From Sphyrna mokarran (Eukaryota), in assembly GCA_024679065.1 (NCBI GenBank), contig JAGIQG010000004.1, forward strand, positions 62,620,001 through 62,684,000: a DNA stretch of 64,000 nucleotides. Direction: 5' to 3'. Position numbers and translations under genes: made by a program. The notes beneath the pieces were generated by a model, which saw only the letters and a program-made list of their open reading frames with translations, did not search any database and was not told the origin of the DNA. Below are positions 49,801 to 63,756 of the stretch, one piece after another. Position 1 is the stretch's first letter. The number at the start of each line of letters is the position of its first letter.

Positions 49801-50615
49801 CTGGGCCGAGAGGTGGCAAATGGAGTTTAATGTGGAAAAGTGTGAGGTAATGCACTTTGTCAGGAATAATAAATGTGTAGAGTATAGGGCTAATGGTAGG
49901 ATTCTTAATAGTGTTGATGAACAGAGGGATCTTGGTGTATTTGTGCATAGATCCCTGAAAGTAGGCAGTCAAGTCGATAAGGTTGTTAAGAAGGCATCTG
50001 GAGTCTTAGCTTTTATTGGTAGGGGGATTGAATTTCGGAGCCGCAACGTCATGTTGCAACTGTATAAAACTCTAGTGCGGCCGCACTTGGAGTATTGTGT
50101 GCAGTTCTGGTCCCCACATTATAAGAAAGATGTGGAGGCATTTGAGAGGGTACAGAGGAGGTTTACCAGGATGTTGCCTGGTATGGAGGGCAGGTCTTAT
50201 GAAGAGAGGCTGAGGATTTGAGGTTGTTTTCGTTAGAAAGAAGGCGGCTAAGAGGAGACCTTATTGAAACATATAAGATGATTAGAGGTTAGATAGGGTG
50301 GACAGTGATAGCCTTTTTCCTAGGATGGAGAAAGCTAGCACGAGGGGACACAGCTTTAAATTAAGGGGTGATAGTTATAGGACGGATATCAGAGGTAGGT
50401 TTTTTACCCAAAGGGTGGTTCGGGAGTGGAATGCCCTGCCTGCAGCAGTTGTAGATGCGCCAAGTTTGGTGGCGTTTAAGAGGTTAGTTTATAAGTATAT
50501 GGAAGAGAAGGGAATGGTTTAGTTTGGAGGGTCATTGCTTTTTATATTGGTCGGCGCAACATCGAAGGCCGAAGGGCCTGTTCTGTGCTGTAATGTTCTA
50601 TGTTCTATGTTCTAT
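46877..50615 (+). mobile_element. Long CR1 (most of ORF1 plus ORF2), disrupted
   Basis: GDSIVRG..DGLHLN; APE and RT ORFs 47850-48860 and 48887-50221; a premature TAA and frameshifts; TTCTATG tail. Confidence 0.95.
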
Positions 50616-52196
50616 AAGGAGGGTATGCTAGATGTTCTTGAAGGTTTGATGTTAGGTAAGTCCCCTGGGCCGGACAGGATTTACCCTAGGATTCTCTGGG
50701 GAAGTGGGAGAGTCGATTTCAGAGCCTCTGGCTCTGATCTTCAGGTCGTCGTTGGTTACGGGTATATTGCCGGAAGACTGGAGGATAGCGAATGTGGTCC
50801 CATTGTTCAAGAAGAGGAATAGAGATTTTCTGGGGAATTATAGGCCGGTGAGTCTTACTTCTGTTGTGGGCAAAGTATTGGAGAGAATTATTAGGGTTAG
50901 GATTTATAGTTATTTAGAGAGAAAGGAATTGATTGGGGATAGTCAGCATGGTTTTGTGAAGGGTAGGTCGTGCCTTACTAACCTCATTGAGTTTTTTGAA
51001 AAAGTGACCAAAGAGGTGGATGGGTATAAGGCAATTGATGTGGTATATATGGACTTTAGTAAGGTGTTCGATAAGGTGGCCCATGGAAGGCTTCTGCAGA
51101 AAATGCAGATGTATGGGATTGAGGGTGATTTAGCTAATTGGATTAGGAATTGGCTAGCGGATAGAAGACAGAGGATAGTGGTTGATGGAAGTTATTCATC
51201 GTGGAGTTCGGTCACGAGTGGTGTACCTCAGGGATCTGTTTTGGGGCACCTGCTGTTTGTAATTTTTATAAATGATCTGGATGAGGGTATTGAAGGATGG
51301 ATTAGTAAATTTGCGGATGACACCAACGTCGGAGGAGTGGTAGATAGTGAAGAGGGGTGTTATAGTTTGCAGAAAGACTTGACAAGTTGCAGTGCTGGGC
51401 CGAGAGGTGGCAAATGGAGTTTAACGTGGAAAAGTGCTTGGTAATTCACTTTGGCAGGAATAACAAATGTGTAGAGTATTGGGCTAATGGTAGGATTCTT
51501 AATAGTGTTGAAGAACAGAGGGATCTTGGTGTATATGTGCATAGATCCCTGAAAGTTGGCAATCAAGTCGATAAGGTTGTTAAGAAGGCATATGGAGTCT
51601 TAGCTTTTATTGATAGGGGGTTTGAATTTCCGAGCCGCAACATCATGTTGCAACTGTACAGAACTCTAGTGCAGCCACACTTGGAGTATTGTGTGCAGTT
51701 CTGGTCCTCGCATTATAAGAAAGATGTGGAGGCGTTGGAAAAGGTACAGAGGAGGTTTACCAGGATGTTGCCATTTATGGAGGGCATGTCTTATGAGGAG
51801 AGGCTGCGGATTTGAGGATGTTTTCGTTGGAAAGAAGGCGGCTAAGAGGAGACCTTATCGAAACATATAAGATGATTAGAGGTTTAGATAGGGTGGACAG
51901 TGATAGCCTTATCCTAGGATGGAGAAAGCTAGCACCAGGGGACATAGCTTTAAATTAAGGGGTGGTAGTTATAGGATGGATATCAGAGGTAGGTTCTTAC
52001 CCAGAGGGTGGTAAGGGTATGGAATGCCCTGCCTGCGGCAGTTGTAGATGCGCCAAGCTTGGTGGCGTTTAAGAGGTTAGTAGATAAGTTTATGGATGAA
52101 AAGGGAATGGTTTAGTTTGGAGGGTCATGGCTTTTTCCTAATTGGTCGGCGCAACATCAAAGGCCGAAGGGCCTGTTCTGCGCTGTAATGTTCTAT
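50616..52196 (+). mobile_element. 5'-truncated CR1 directly abutting the tail of the previous copy
   Basis: KSPGPD through to the 3'UTR; ORFs 50704-51444 and 51387-51815. Confidence 0.93.
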
Positions 52197-52400
52197 AACT
52201 TCTATAACTCCTTCTCCTATGCCCCCCGCGCTGGGTGAATAGGTGGCCACCCCCTGCCTCTGACAGTCGTCTCCCTCCGATCCTGCAGGTAGTACACCCT
52301 GGGACTTCTGGTCCCCCAATTCTTCCTCCATGTCCTCCTGCTTGGCTCCAACAGCAACCAAGAGAATAGCAAGTTCGATTGGTTGCGTTGCAAATGGCAT
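52197..52400 (-). pseudogene. Probable N-terminal piece of the Harbinger transposase gene
   Basis: MPFATQPIELAILLVAVGAKQEDMEEE..; its position and strand between the CR1 block and the right TIR fit. Confidence 0.4.
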
Positions 52401-52554
52401 CACGTTACTCTGAAAGATGGAGGCGGGGGGAGGACGGGGGGTGGGGGGCAGGTGTTGCGGTGAAGTGGGTTGGGGGAGGTGGATGTGAACAAATGTGGAA
52501 GTCATGCAACGCTGTTTGCCTGTAACGTCGAAAATCACAGCCCTCCCTGCCCCA

Positions 52555-52725
52555 CAAACCCCAGCCACATGCACCACACAATCATAGCCCCCTTGCCCTC
52601 CAATCCCCTTAGCCACATGCTCCACACAATCACAGCCCCCCATGCCCCTCACTTCCCCCAGCCACATGCTCCACACAATCGCAGCCCCCGCCCCGTTGCC
52701 CCCCTGCGACATGATGCACACAACA
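52555..52725. repeat. Minisatellite, 3-4 units of ~47-50 bp
   Basis: Repeated AGCCACATGC(A/T)CCACACAATC(A/G)(C/T)AGCCCCC. Confidence 0.8.
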
Positions 52726-53109
52726 ACAGCCCCTGGTAAATTTGGAGGGCTGCATCTGTGCTATCTGGAACGGCTTTGTGTGCATCCTTCAGCCTGCAGT
52801 GTTCTGTGGTGCTGGGATCCAGCAGCAGTGCAAGACCCGAGGTGAGTGCTGAGACCAGGTCCGTGCTGAAGAACAAAGTTTGGAGACTGCGCACAATAAT
52901 AGCCCCCCTGCCTCCAAACACTCGCAGAGCCACCACCGACCTGGGACAGCGAAATGGTCACAACAATAGGAAACCCATGAGTACCGGGCAGCCTTTGGAT
53001 GTCATGCGCTTTCCTCCTCGTCTACCCTGATTGATGAAGCGCCTGATTCAGACTTTTATTCAGAAAGTCCATTACGGCGCGCTTCCGGATTGATAAACAC
53101 ATTGCTGAA

Positions 53110-53348
53110 GGCGGAGCTGCTGGTAAAGTTGGGCGGGCAGTTCATTAATTCAATTGAAATGCATGCAAATACATTTAAATCGCCATTGTGCCCGTTTCGG
53201 GCGCGAAATGAATCGCCACCATTCCCGGGTTTCAGTGAAGTGGCAATCTGCGCTGGCTTGGGTACAAATAGTGATAATGGCCTCTCATTGAAATTTACCA
53301 TATTTTCGTGCCAGAAAACGGGCTCGAGGAAATAATAAAATAGGGCCC
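53110..53348 (-). repeat. Right terminal inverted repeat of the Harbinger element
   Basis: Counterpart of 30889-31120; roughly 70-75% identical by eye. Confidence 0.85.
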
Positions 53349-54374
53349 ATAGATTAACAGATACGCTCTTGGATAGTTGCAAAGGCAAATAAAACACAAT
53401 GCCGAAAGTGCTGAAAATATAAAACAAAAATAAAACATTATGTATATGCTCACCACGTCTGGACCCATCTGCGGAGAATAAATTAGAACTCGCGTTTCGA
53501 ATCAGACGTTTTCTTGTCCTGAGTTTAAAAAACACAATCCAGGGCTTTAAAATGAAAAAATAATCGAATGCACCAAATGTTATTTATTCTTTGCTGTCTC
53601 AATAAGGATTCTAAGGTCTGAATCTTAGATTCTCTCCAAATATAAGACAAGATCTACTGAGTATTCGTAACATTTCATGAATCCATTAAAGAGAGGGGCG
53701 AACGTCAAAACAAAACATACAAATAGCTTTATAGAAAAATAGAAGCAGGAGTTGGTCATTCAGCTGTTCATTGTGATCAAGGCTGATCATTATCCTTAAT
53801 CTCGCATGTCTACTGATCTGTCTAGGCCTAAGAGCATTATGTAATTCCTTACTGAAATCACACAACGTATTGACCTCAACTACTTATTGTGGCATTGATT
53901 TCCGAAGATTTACCAGTTCCTGCGTGAAGAAATGTTGCTTTATTCATTCTTAAACAGGTTTACCCATTATTCACACACTATGGTCTCTCGTTCTGAACAT
54001 TTCCACCATCGAGAATAATATTTCTGTCGCAACCTTATCTATTCCTGCTTGAATTTTATAGGTTTCAACGATATCCTCTGTCACTCTTTTACAGTTCAAT
54101 GGATGTAATCATATACAACAAGCTTTTCATATATGGCAGTCCCACATTCCAGGAAACAGTTTCAAAAAACTTCTCTGCCCTCTTCCACAGAAAAATATCT
54201 TCCTCTCATTAGGAGGACAAAATTACACAAAATACTCCAGATATGGCCTTAACAACGTCATACACAATTGCAGCAACACATCCCTTCTTAGTTCCATACT
54301 TAAATCCTTTTGCTGTGAAGTCCAGAATATATTTTGTCTTCTGAACTGCCTGTTGTAGCAAAACGTTTACATTT

Positions 54375-57140
54375 AATGATTGATGCACAATTTGATTTGA
54401 TTTATTATTGTCACGTATTTGTATTCAGTAAAAGGTATTGTTTCTTCTGCGCTATATAGACAAAACACACTGTATAGAGAAGGAAAGCAGAGTGTGCCGA
54501 ATATAATGTTATAGTCATAGTTAGGTTGCAGAGAAAGATCAACTTTATGCGAGGTTGGTTCATTCGAAAGTCTGATGGCAGCGAAGTAGAAGCTATTTTT
54601 TAGTTGATTGGTAGTACTCACAGATTTTTGTATCTTTTTGCCAAAGACAGCCTATCCGGAGTGCGTAATGTACTTAATTATGCGGACTGTTTTTTGGGAA
54701 AGGTTGCTTGACTTCTGCAATGGTGACTTCGCATACAAGTTCGTTTCAAAGCTTCTGGGATAGACAACGTGGCATATATTGCATTGACCTCATTGGGAAG
54801 GGGTGCATTGGTAATGGCAATCTTACATGTCTTCATCGTGTATATCTTGCAGACCTTGCCATAGTCGGGGCGGGGGAGGCGGGGTGGGGGGGGAGTGGGG
54901 GGAGAGTCCTTTTTGCAAGCCTTGGACTTACTTTAGTCCGGTACTGCCTTTTAGCATCATTGCTCGATCTCCTTCAGTCATATTTCACTTTGTTGTATAG
55001 GTCAGGATCGCCTGACTTGAGTACTTCAGATCTGGACTTCAGCAAGCCGTGGATATCACTGTTCGCCGTAGGTTCCACTTGGGAAACATGCAATTTGCTT
55101 ATCTGGCACACAGTCTTCCAGACATTTAGGAACAAAGTCAGTTATAGTAGTAGCGTAATCGGTGAGACAGATCGCAGAGTTTTAAAGTACTGACCAGTCT
55201 TCTGATTGTACAGTGTTCCGGAGAAGATTATCCAATTTCTGAGAGAAACATTGCTCGGCTTTCGTTGATGGATTCCTCCATTTCAGTAAGCCAGGAGCAG
55301 GAGCACGAAAAGGTGTCCGTGATTATCCACCTCTCTGAATTGATCCCCTGACAAATAATAACATGTCTTCTTCTTATTTCTACTGAAGGGTAAACTCATA
55401 TTTATCCATATTATACTGCACCTGTAATGCATCTCTTCACTGAATCTGTTCAAATCACACTGAAGAATTTCTACTTTCAGCCTGACACATCACTCGTTAT
55501 CCAACATTGTATTATCTACAAATTTTGAGATAATGTGTTTAGAACAGCCAATACAAATGGACCTCTCCTCGATTAGCTCAGTGCATCGTATGCCTTATTA
55601 AGCAAGGCATCAGCGAGATCATGCTTTCTACTCCACAAAGCTCGGCCAAACTGATATCCGAATTCAATATTTCACACGTCAGATCAACATTCTCGAATGT
55701 CTAGCCTCGGAAAGCAATTCATCTGGATTGGATACCCGGATGAGCGCTCAGATTCTGCGCAGACCAACTAACGGATTATTCCCAGACATTTTTAACGTCT
55801 CTTTCCACCAATCTGACGTCCAAATCTGCTTCAAGAAGACGGCCAAATAAAACCCAGGCAGTTTGCCTTCATGATTGTCATCCGGTGCCTCTGACATCCA
55901 TCAATTATTAAGTTCTTTGAAAGTTAATCATGCCACACATCATTTCCAGCCTCCCAGATTACCCAGGTCCATTACAGTTCACCTATTACTGCAACGGTTC
56001 ACAGCAGAGACCATCACTTTAGTGCTACACTCAACATTGGAACACCTGCATAATAAATGCATTTATGTCAGGCTCTTGTTTACTATCTCAGCACGGCTTT
56101 CAGTATCATTATTCCTACAAAATTCATCTCCGAACTCCATAATCTGGGGCTCATCTCCTCCTTCTGTGACTCGATTCTAGCCTTTCTAACTCACAGATTG
56201 CAATACTGGTGTCCTCAACGGCTTTGCTTACTATGCTTCTTATAAACCTATTACTGTGTGACCAAATTCCTCTCCGACTCACCTTTCAAGTTTATTGATA
56301 ACACCACCGCAGTGGGTCGGATCTCAAACAATGATGTGATGGATAATAGGAAAGACATAGAGATACTGAAGAATTGATGCAAAGGCAATGATCTCTCCTT
56401 CAATGTCAAAACCATCGAAGGAGATAGTCACCGATTTCAGCAAGCGGACAATCCTGATCTATATCATGGAGGATGAAGTGGAAATGGTTGAAAGCTTCAA
56501 ATTTCTAGGTGTCCAGATAACCAAAATAAGTTCTAGTCCCTCCACGTCTATGCTGTAACTAAGAAACTAAGAAAGATACGTCTACTTTCTCAGGAGGCTA
56601 AATAAATTTGACATATCTTCTAAGACTCTCAACAACGTTCAAAATTTATCATGGGAAACAGTTATTTCTTATTGTTTCATAGCTTGATATGGCTTTTGCT
56701 CTATTCAAGACCGCAAGAAACTACAAGTGGCAGTCAATGAGGCCAAGCCCATGTTGCAAAGTAACTTCCAATCCATTGATGCCGTCTACAGTTCCTGCTG
56801 ATTTGGAAAAGCAGCCAGCATAATCAAGGAACCCACTCACTCCCGATATATTCTCTTCCATCTCTTTCTATCGGGAAGAAAGATATAGAAGTCTGTGGAC
56901 AGGTACCGCATGAACAATTTGTGGTCATGTAACAAGAACAATATTTTCCCTTCTGCCATCAAACATTTGAACAGATCTACCTCGTACTAAGTTGATATTT
57001 CTCTGCAATTTACCGAAAAGTGGAAAGTTACATCCTGCGCCATCTCCTTTCCTTCTCTTTGTAGAGCGCACAAGAAACAGTAGTTTTCACTGTGTAATAA
57101 TTCACAAGACAATAATGAATCAATTCAAATCGAATCAAAC
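54375..57140. mobile_element. Rex1-like LINE fragments: minus strand 54375-55330, plus strand ~55600-57140
   Basis: Minus-strand IHGLLKSRSEVLKSGDPDLY; plus-strand IYVRLLF and FKFIDNTTAVGRISNND; AAATC tails. Confidence 0.65.
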
Positions 57141-57184
57141 CAAATTAGTTCCCACTTCCAAGTCATTAATGATGACTATAAGAC

Positions 57185-57321
57185 NNNNNNNNNNNNNNNN
57201 NNNNNNNNNNNNNNNNNNNNNNNNNNNNNNNNNNNNNNNNNNNNNNNNNNNNNNNNNNNNNNNNNNNNNNNNNNNNNNNNNNNNNNNNNNNNNNNNNNNN
57301 NNNNNNNNNNNNNNNNNNNNN
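57185..57321. other. Assembly gap (137 N)
   Basis: Run of N. Confidence 1.
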
Positions 57322-57982
57322 ATTGGGGAAGAGAAATTGCCATCTTTAACTGGACTGGCTGACATGTGACTCCAAGTCTACAGCAATGTGGTTGACTCTT
57401 AAATGGCCTTAAGGTTGGCAATAATTGCTGGCCCAGCAAGCCATGCCTTCATCATGTAGGTGAATGAAAGAAATGTATTCATATTAAACTGCATTGTATG
57501 TGTATGCCAACTCTATCATTCTGCCCAAATTACACCGAAATATCATTGTATCATCCACAAAGCTCATCTTTTCATCTTCAATTTACAGATGATGACAAAA
57601 TGATCATCTGCAAATTTCAAAATATTGCATTTAGTTCCCAGCCCAGATCATTCATCCATAATGTGTACAGTTGAGGACCCACCAGTCACAGGCCCACCAG
57701 TCACAGCCCCAACAGTCCCTGCCTGTCGACTGATAGGAGACCTATTTATTCCAAATCTTTGATTTCTTTCTATCAAACATCTTTGCATTCATTTTAAGAC
57801 AGTATACAGAATACTAAGCATCTCAATTTTGTATTGTAGTCTGCTATGTGTGACGTTATCATAAGATCTCTGAAAATATAAATAAGCCACCCCCACCAGT
57901 TTTCCTTCTTCAATTCTACTCGTGCCATTTTTGAAGAATTCCAATAGGTTTGGGAAGGATGATTTTCGTTCATCGATTCAAG

Positions 57983-58266
57983 TAAGGTTTATTTATTAGT
58001 CAAAAGTAGGCTTATATTCACATTGCAGTAAAATTAATCTGAAAATCCGCTCGACTCCACACGCTGGCTGCTGTATACTGAGGGAGAATTTAGCATGGAG
58101 AATTCACATAACTGCACATCTTTGGGCTGTGGCAGAAAAGCAGACCACCCAGAGCAAACCCACACAGGGAGAATGTGCAAACTCCACACAGACAGTGACC
58201 GAGGCCAGAATCAAACTCCTGTCCCTGGCGCTGTGAGGCAACAGTGTTAACCATAGTGCCACCGTG
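57983..58266 (-). mobile_element. HE1-like tRNA-headed V-SINE
   Basis: Minus strand CACGGTGGCACTATGGTTAACAC (A box)..GAGTTTGATTC (B box), then the V-domain. Confidence 0.85.
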
Positions 58267-58320
58267 TTTGCTTGAAAACATCACTGTTTTCCAAATGCTG
58301 TGCAATGAAATCCCAGATAA

Positions 58321-58555
58321 TAGAAGATAGAACATAGAAAATCTATAGCACAAACAGGCCCTTCAGCCTACATGTTGTGCCAATGATACCCATACCTACT
58401 CGGCTTACATATAACCCTTAATTCTACTAAGTTCCACGTACTCATCCAGAAGTCTCTTGAAACACCTATCGAATTTTCTTCCACCACTACCGACAGCAGC
58501 TGATTCCACTCACCCACCACACTCAGAGTGAAAAACTTATCCCTGATATCTTTAA
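58321..58555 (-). mobile_element. CR1 3' end from a different subfamily
   Basis: DIRDKFFTLSVVGEWNQL; ATAGAAC tail. Confidence 0.75.
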
Positions 58556-58569
58556 AATATATATATAAA

Positions 58570-59937
58570 TCCGGGGAATTATAGGCGGTGAGTCTTACTT
58601 GTGTTATGGGCAAAGTATTGGAAAGAATTATTAGGGATAGGATTTATAGTTATTCAGAGAGAAATGAATTGATTGGGTCAGCATGGTTTTGTGAAGGGTA
58701 GGTCGTGCCTTACTAACCTCATTGAGTTTTTTGAAAAAGTGACCAAAGCAGTGGATGGGGGTAAGGCAGTTGATGTGGTAGATATGGACTTTAGTAAGGC
58801 GTTCGATAAGGTGGCCCATGGAAGGCTTCTGCAGAAAATGCAGATGTATGGGATTGAGGGTGATCTAGCAAATTGGATTAGGAATTGGCTAGCAGATAGA
58901 AGACAGAGGGTGGCGGTTGATGGGAGATATTCATCGTGGAGTTCGATTACAAGTGGTGTACCTCAGGGATCTGTTTTGGGGCACCTGCTGTTTGTAATTT
59001 TTATAAATGATCTGGATGAGGGTATTGAAGGATGGATTAGTAAATTTGCGGATGACACCAAAGTCGGAGGAGTGGTAGATAGTGAAGAGGGGTGTTATAG
59101 TTTGCAGAGAGACTTGGACAAGTTGCAGAGCTGGGCCGAGAGGTGGGAAATGGAGTTTAATGCGGAAAAGTGTGAGGTAATGTACTTTGGCAGGAATAAC
59201 AAATGTGTAGAGTATAGGGCTAATGGTAGGACTCTTAATAGTGTTGATGAACAGAGGGATCTTGGTGTGTATGTGCATAGATCCCTGAAAGTTGGCAATC
59301 AAGTCGATAAGGTTGTTAAGAAGGCATATGAAGTCTTAGCTTTTATTGGTAGGGGGATTGAATTTCGGAGCCGCAACGTCATGTTGCAACTGTACAAAAC
59401 TCTAGTGCGGCCGCACTTGGAGTATTGTGTGCAGTTCTGGTCCCCACATTATAAGAAAGATGTGGAGGCATTGGAGAGGGTACAGAGGAGGTTTACCAGG
59501 ATATTGCCTAGTATGGAGGGCAGGTCTTATGAAGAGAGGCTGAGGGATTTGATTTTCATTAGAAAGGAGGCGACTAAGAGGAGACCTTATTGAAACATAT
59601 AAGATGATTAGATGTTTAGATAGGGTGGACAGTGATAGCCTTTTTCCTAGGATGGAGAAAGCTAGCACGAGGGGACAGAGCTTTAAATTAAGGGGTGGCA
59701 GTTATAGGACGGATATCAGAGGTAGGTTCTTTACCCAGAGGGTGGTAAGGGTATGGAATGCCCTGCCTGCTGCAATTGTAGATGCGCCAGGTTTGGTGGC
59801 GTTCAAGAGGTTAGTAGATAGGTTTATAGACGAAAAGGGAATGGGTTAGGTTAGAGGGTCATTGCTTTTTCCTAATTGGTAGGCGCAACATCGAAGACCG
59901 AAGGGACTGCGCTGTAATGTTCTATGTTCTATGTTCT
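58570..59937 (+). mobile_element. 5'-truncated CR1
   Basis: 306 aa RT ORF 58673-59593 plus 59604-59849; TTCTATG tail. Confidence 0.95.
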
Positions 59938-61822
59938 AACATTATCCTCACTTATCTATAATTCCCTGTTTTTTTTCTCTTTCTTTTTGAATAGATTGGT
60001 TAAACATTATCTAGCCTCCGACCTGTAGGAACGATGCCAGAGTCCAAAGAATTTTGTAAAACGACCAAAATGGATTTCTATTTAAAGTGCCAATTCTTTA
60101 AGTATTCTGAACTCATGAGTATCCAGCAGTGAAGATATTTCTGCATTCAGTTCTATAATTTTCCTCAAAACTATTTCTCTATTAATACTGATTTTCTCCT
60201 GCATCTAAAATTTGTGTTCCGAAAATCTTCCAATACATTATTCCTGTCTTCTTTAGTGCAAACAGAAGCAAAGTACACATTTATTTCCTCAGCTAATTCA
60301 TTGATCCACTTATGAAATTCCCCCTTTCTGAATGCAATGGGTCTACATTCCTTTTTTGTTGATCTTTTTTTTGCATACATTAAAAAAAAGTTTACAATCG
60401 AGTTTTGTGTTCCCCATTAGTTTGCTTTCACTTATATTTTCTTCCTCTTGATCAATTCTTTGGTCCGTCTTTGCTGAATTTTTACTCTCAATGCGCAAGT
60501 CTAGTTGTTTTTCTCGTGAGCTTTTAAGTATGTTATTTGAACATAAAACAATTTCTAATTTCCTTTGTGACCGCGTTCCATTTGTACCCTCACGCAAATT
60601 GGCAGTATACAACTTTCAGGGTTCACTTGCTCATTCCTTGCATGCCTACGATTCTCTCCAATTTTTACAGATGGACAATAGAAAACGTCCTTTCCAGATA
60701 TATCTCAGCTTGGAAAGGTTCCTGCTCTGACCAGGTCTGCAAGAAACTATAAAGCATTATGAACGTGGCTCTGGCTACAATTTGTGTGAGCATAGAAAAT
60801 CTGACACATTAATTAAGGAGCCCACGCACACCGCACATACTCTCTTGCAACTTCTTCTGTCGGGAAAATGATTTTAATAATCCTGAGATCACGTACCAAC
60901 TGCCTCAAGAATATTTTGTTCCTTCCTGCAACAGACTTTCGTATGGACCGACCACAAATTAAATTGATCTTTCTCTACAGCCTAGCTCTGATTGAAATTT
61001 CGTCTCTACTCTCTTTTTTCCTTCCCTCTCTCACCGTATGATTTGTGCGTCTCGGGCGCCTCGAACAATAATTTTCAGTGTATTCAAATACATGTGGCAA
61101 GAATAAATTAAATCAAATGAAATGTCCTTTTATCGTTTGTGTCCTTTTTTTACTGGCTAATGCTATCCCCAACATTACCAAGGAAATTTGTATTTGTAAA
61201 CCATCTGCGCGAATGTTTTCTGCCCCTTTGTGTTTCTCCACGCGACACATACAGATTCTATATCGTTTGCCTTAACAGTTTCCTTCAAAATTGTATTGAT
61301 ACCTCATTTAATCAACTGTGCAGCTCCAACACTTTTTCCTCTCTGTCTGTCCTGCCTAAATACTAAACAGCCCTCAGTATTGACTTCCCATCCTTGGTTA
61401 TCCTGAATGTATGTCTCCGTAATCCCAAGTATATCATACTGCTTTACATCTACATGTACAACTAAATCGTCTGTTTTATTTTGAATGCTCCATGCATTTC
61501 AACAAAACCCAATGGCTAGTCTTTTTAACTTTCCTTGTCCTGTTTCTTTAAAAAACATGGTCCTTACCTGATTCTGGCCCCTGATTTTTCCACTTATACC
61601 TTTTTTATCCTTCTTGCTGTACTTTCCTCTTGTTCTTACTTCCGCTTGCTCTGAAAAATTACAGACACCAGCACCCAGCCAAATCAGTTAAATCCTCGCC
61701 AACATTCACCAACTAATCGCCCCCTCTCCCTTCCCACCTACCCTCCTCCCCTGCCAACCCAACGCACATCGCTAAGGGCATCTATCTCAGTCCAATCAGG
61801 TATAAACCTTGCTAATCGTACA

Positions 61823-62039
61823 ATAGAACATAGAACATAGAACATTACAGCACAGAACAGGCCCTTCGGCCTTCGATGTTGCGCCGACCAATATAAAAAA
61901 GCAATGCCCCTCCAAACTAAACCATTCCCTTCTCTTCGATATACTTATCAACTAACCTCTTAAACGCCACCAAACTTGGCGCATCTACAACTGCTGCAGG
62001 CAGGGCATTCCACTCCCGAACCACTCTTTGGGTAAAGAA
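61823..62039 (-). mobile_element. CR1 3' stub
   Basis: Tail and 3'UTR match the young subfamily. Confidence 0.92.
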
Positions 62040-62634
62040 ATGGTAGTGATAGCCCCAGCAATTAGTGACTCGTCAGTTTGACGACAATGTTGGCAAGCTT
62101 CCAGAAACATTTATTCGCGACAGAAATAGTAGTCACTGGAAAATAAAATGAGTTAAATTGGAAGAGGTACCATGGATTACTACAGTAACAATCCTGTTTA
62201 ACCGACTTGCTGCGATGCCTTTATGATGTAACAGAATTAATCCGTTAGAGTAATGTTTTAAAGTGATTTAAGGGGACATGAAAAGGATAACCAAAGATGG
62301 GAAATTTCACACAACAAACTTGTGAGAAAATTTAAAGTTCATGAAATAAAAGTGATAGTCTCAAAGCGTTCACAAAACTGGTTAAATAATTGAAAGCATT
62401 CCAAGCAGTCCCACACTACAGGAAGGATGTGAACACATTGAGGAGAGCGCTGGTGAATTTTGCGATAATTATTCCAGGAATGGGGAACGACAGTTATGGG
62501 GATAGATTTGAGTCATTGAGGGTATTCTCCTTGGAGAAAGGTTGCATAGAGATTTTCAATATCATGTTGGGCTGAACATATTCGATAGGTTGAACTGTCT
62601 CCGCTCATAAGGTGATCAAGAACAAGTAGTGAAA

Positions 62635-63750
62635 TATAGAACATGGAACATTACAGTGCAGTAAAGGCCTTTCCGCCCTCGATTTTTGCGACGGCCAGTG
62701 GAACCAATCTAATGACCCTCTAATCTAAAGTGATCCAATGTTATCCATATGCTTATCCACTGACCATTTGAACGCCCTTAAATTTGGCGAGTCCATTACT
62801 GCTGCAGGCAGGGGATTCCACGCCCTTACTATCCTCTGAGTAAAGAACCAACCTATGACATCCGTCCTATAACTATCACCCCTTAATTTAAAGCTATGTC
62901 CCCTCCTGTTATCCATCACCATCCGAGGAAAAAGGCTTTCACTGTCCACTCTATCTAACCCACTGATCATCTTGTATGCCTCAATTAGGTCACCTCTTAA
63001 CCTTCTTCTCTCTAACGAAAATAATCTCAAGTCCGTTAGCCTTTCCTTATAAGACTTTCCCACAATACCAGGTAACATGCTGGTAAACCTCGTCTGCACC
63101 CTTTCCAATGCCTCCACATCTTTCTTATAATGCGGCGACCAGAACTGTACGCAATTCTCCAAGTGCGGCCGCACCAGAATTTTGTACAGTTCAATATGAC
63201 CTCACGGCTCCGAAATTTAATCCTTCTATCAATAAAAGCTAACATACCGTATGCCTTCTTAACAACGTTACCAACCTGGGTGCCAAGTTTCAGGGAACTA
63301 TGCACATGGACACTGGGACCTCTCTGCTCATCGACATTACTAAGAATCCTTCCATTAGCCCTCTCTTCTGTACACCTGTTACTCTTATTAAAGTGAATCA
63401 CCCTCACACTTTTCTGTATTAAACTCCATTTGCTATCTCTCAGCACAGCTCTGCAGCTTATTTATGTCCCTCTGCAATCTATAACACTGTCTACAAATCC
63501 TCTGACCATGGTGCTGTCAGCAAATTTACTAACCCATCCTTCTGCACCCTCATCTAGGTCATTTATAAAAATGACAAACAGCAGTGGCTCCAAACCAGAT
63601 CCCTGAAGTACACCACTTGTAACTGAACTCCAGGTTGAATATTTCCCATCAACCGCCACCCTCTGTCTTCTATCAATTCCTGTTCCAAACTGCTAAATCA
63701 CCCCCAATCCCATACATCTGCATTTTCTGCAGTAGCCTACCGTGGGAGAC
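62635..63750 (-). mobile_element. 5'-truncated CR1 of a sister subfamily
   Basis: RT fragments 63462-63659, 63036-63446 and 62725-63174; different C-terminus (VDKHMDNIGSL). Confidence 0.9.
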
Positions 63751-63756
63751 CGTATA

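Larger units (their letters stand above)
30889..53348. mobile_element. PIF/Harbinger DNA transposon relic with nested insertions
   Basis: Inverted terminal similarity over ~230 bp (GGGCCCGATTTTAC.. versus ..AAAATAGGGCCC) enclosing convergent Myb/SANT and HARBI1-like pseudogenes. Confidence 0.72.

Noticed and set aside
15925-63396. Recurrent antisense ORFs of the MTAYFQGS../MIANFQGS.. type
   Set aside because: Shadow frames on the opposite strand of CR1 ORF2 copies
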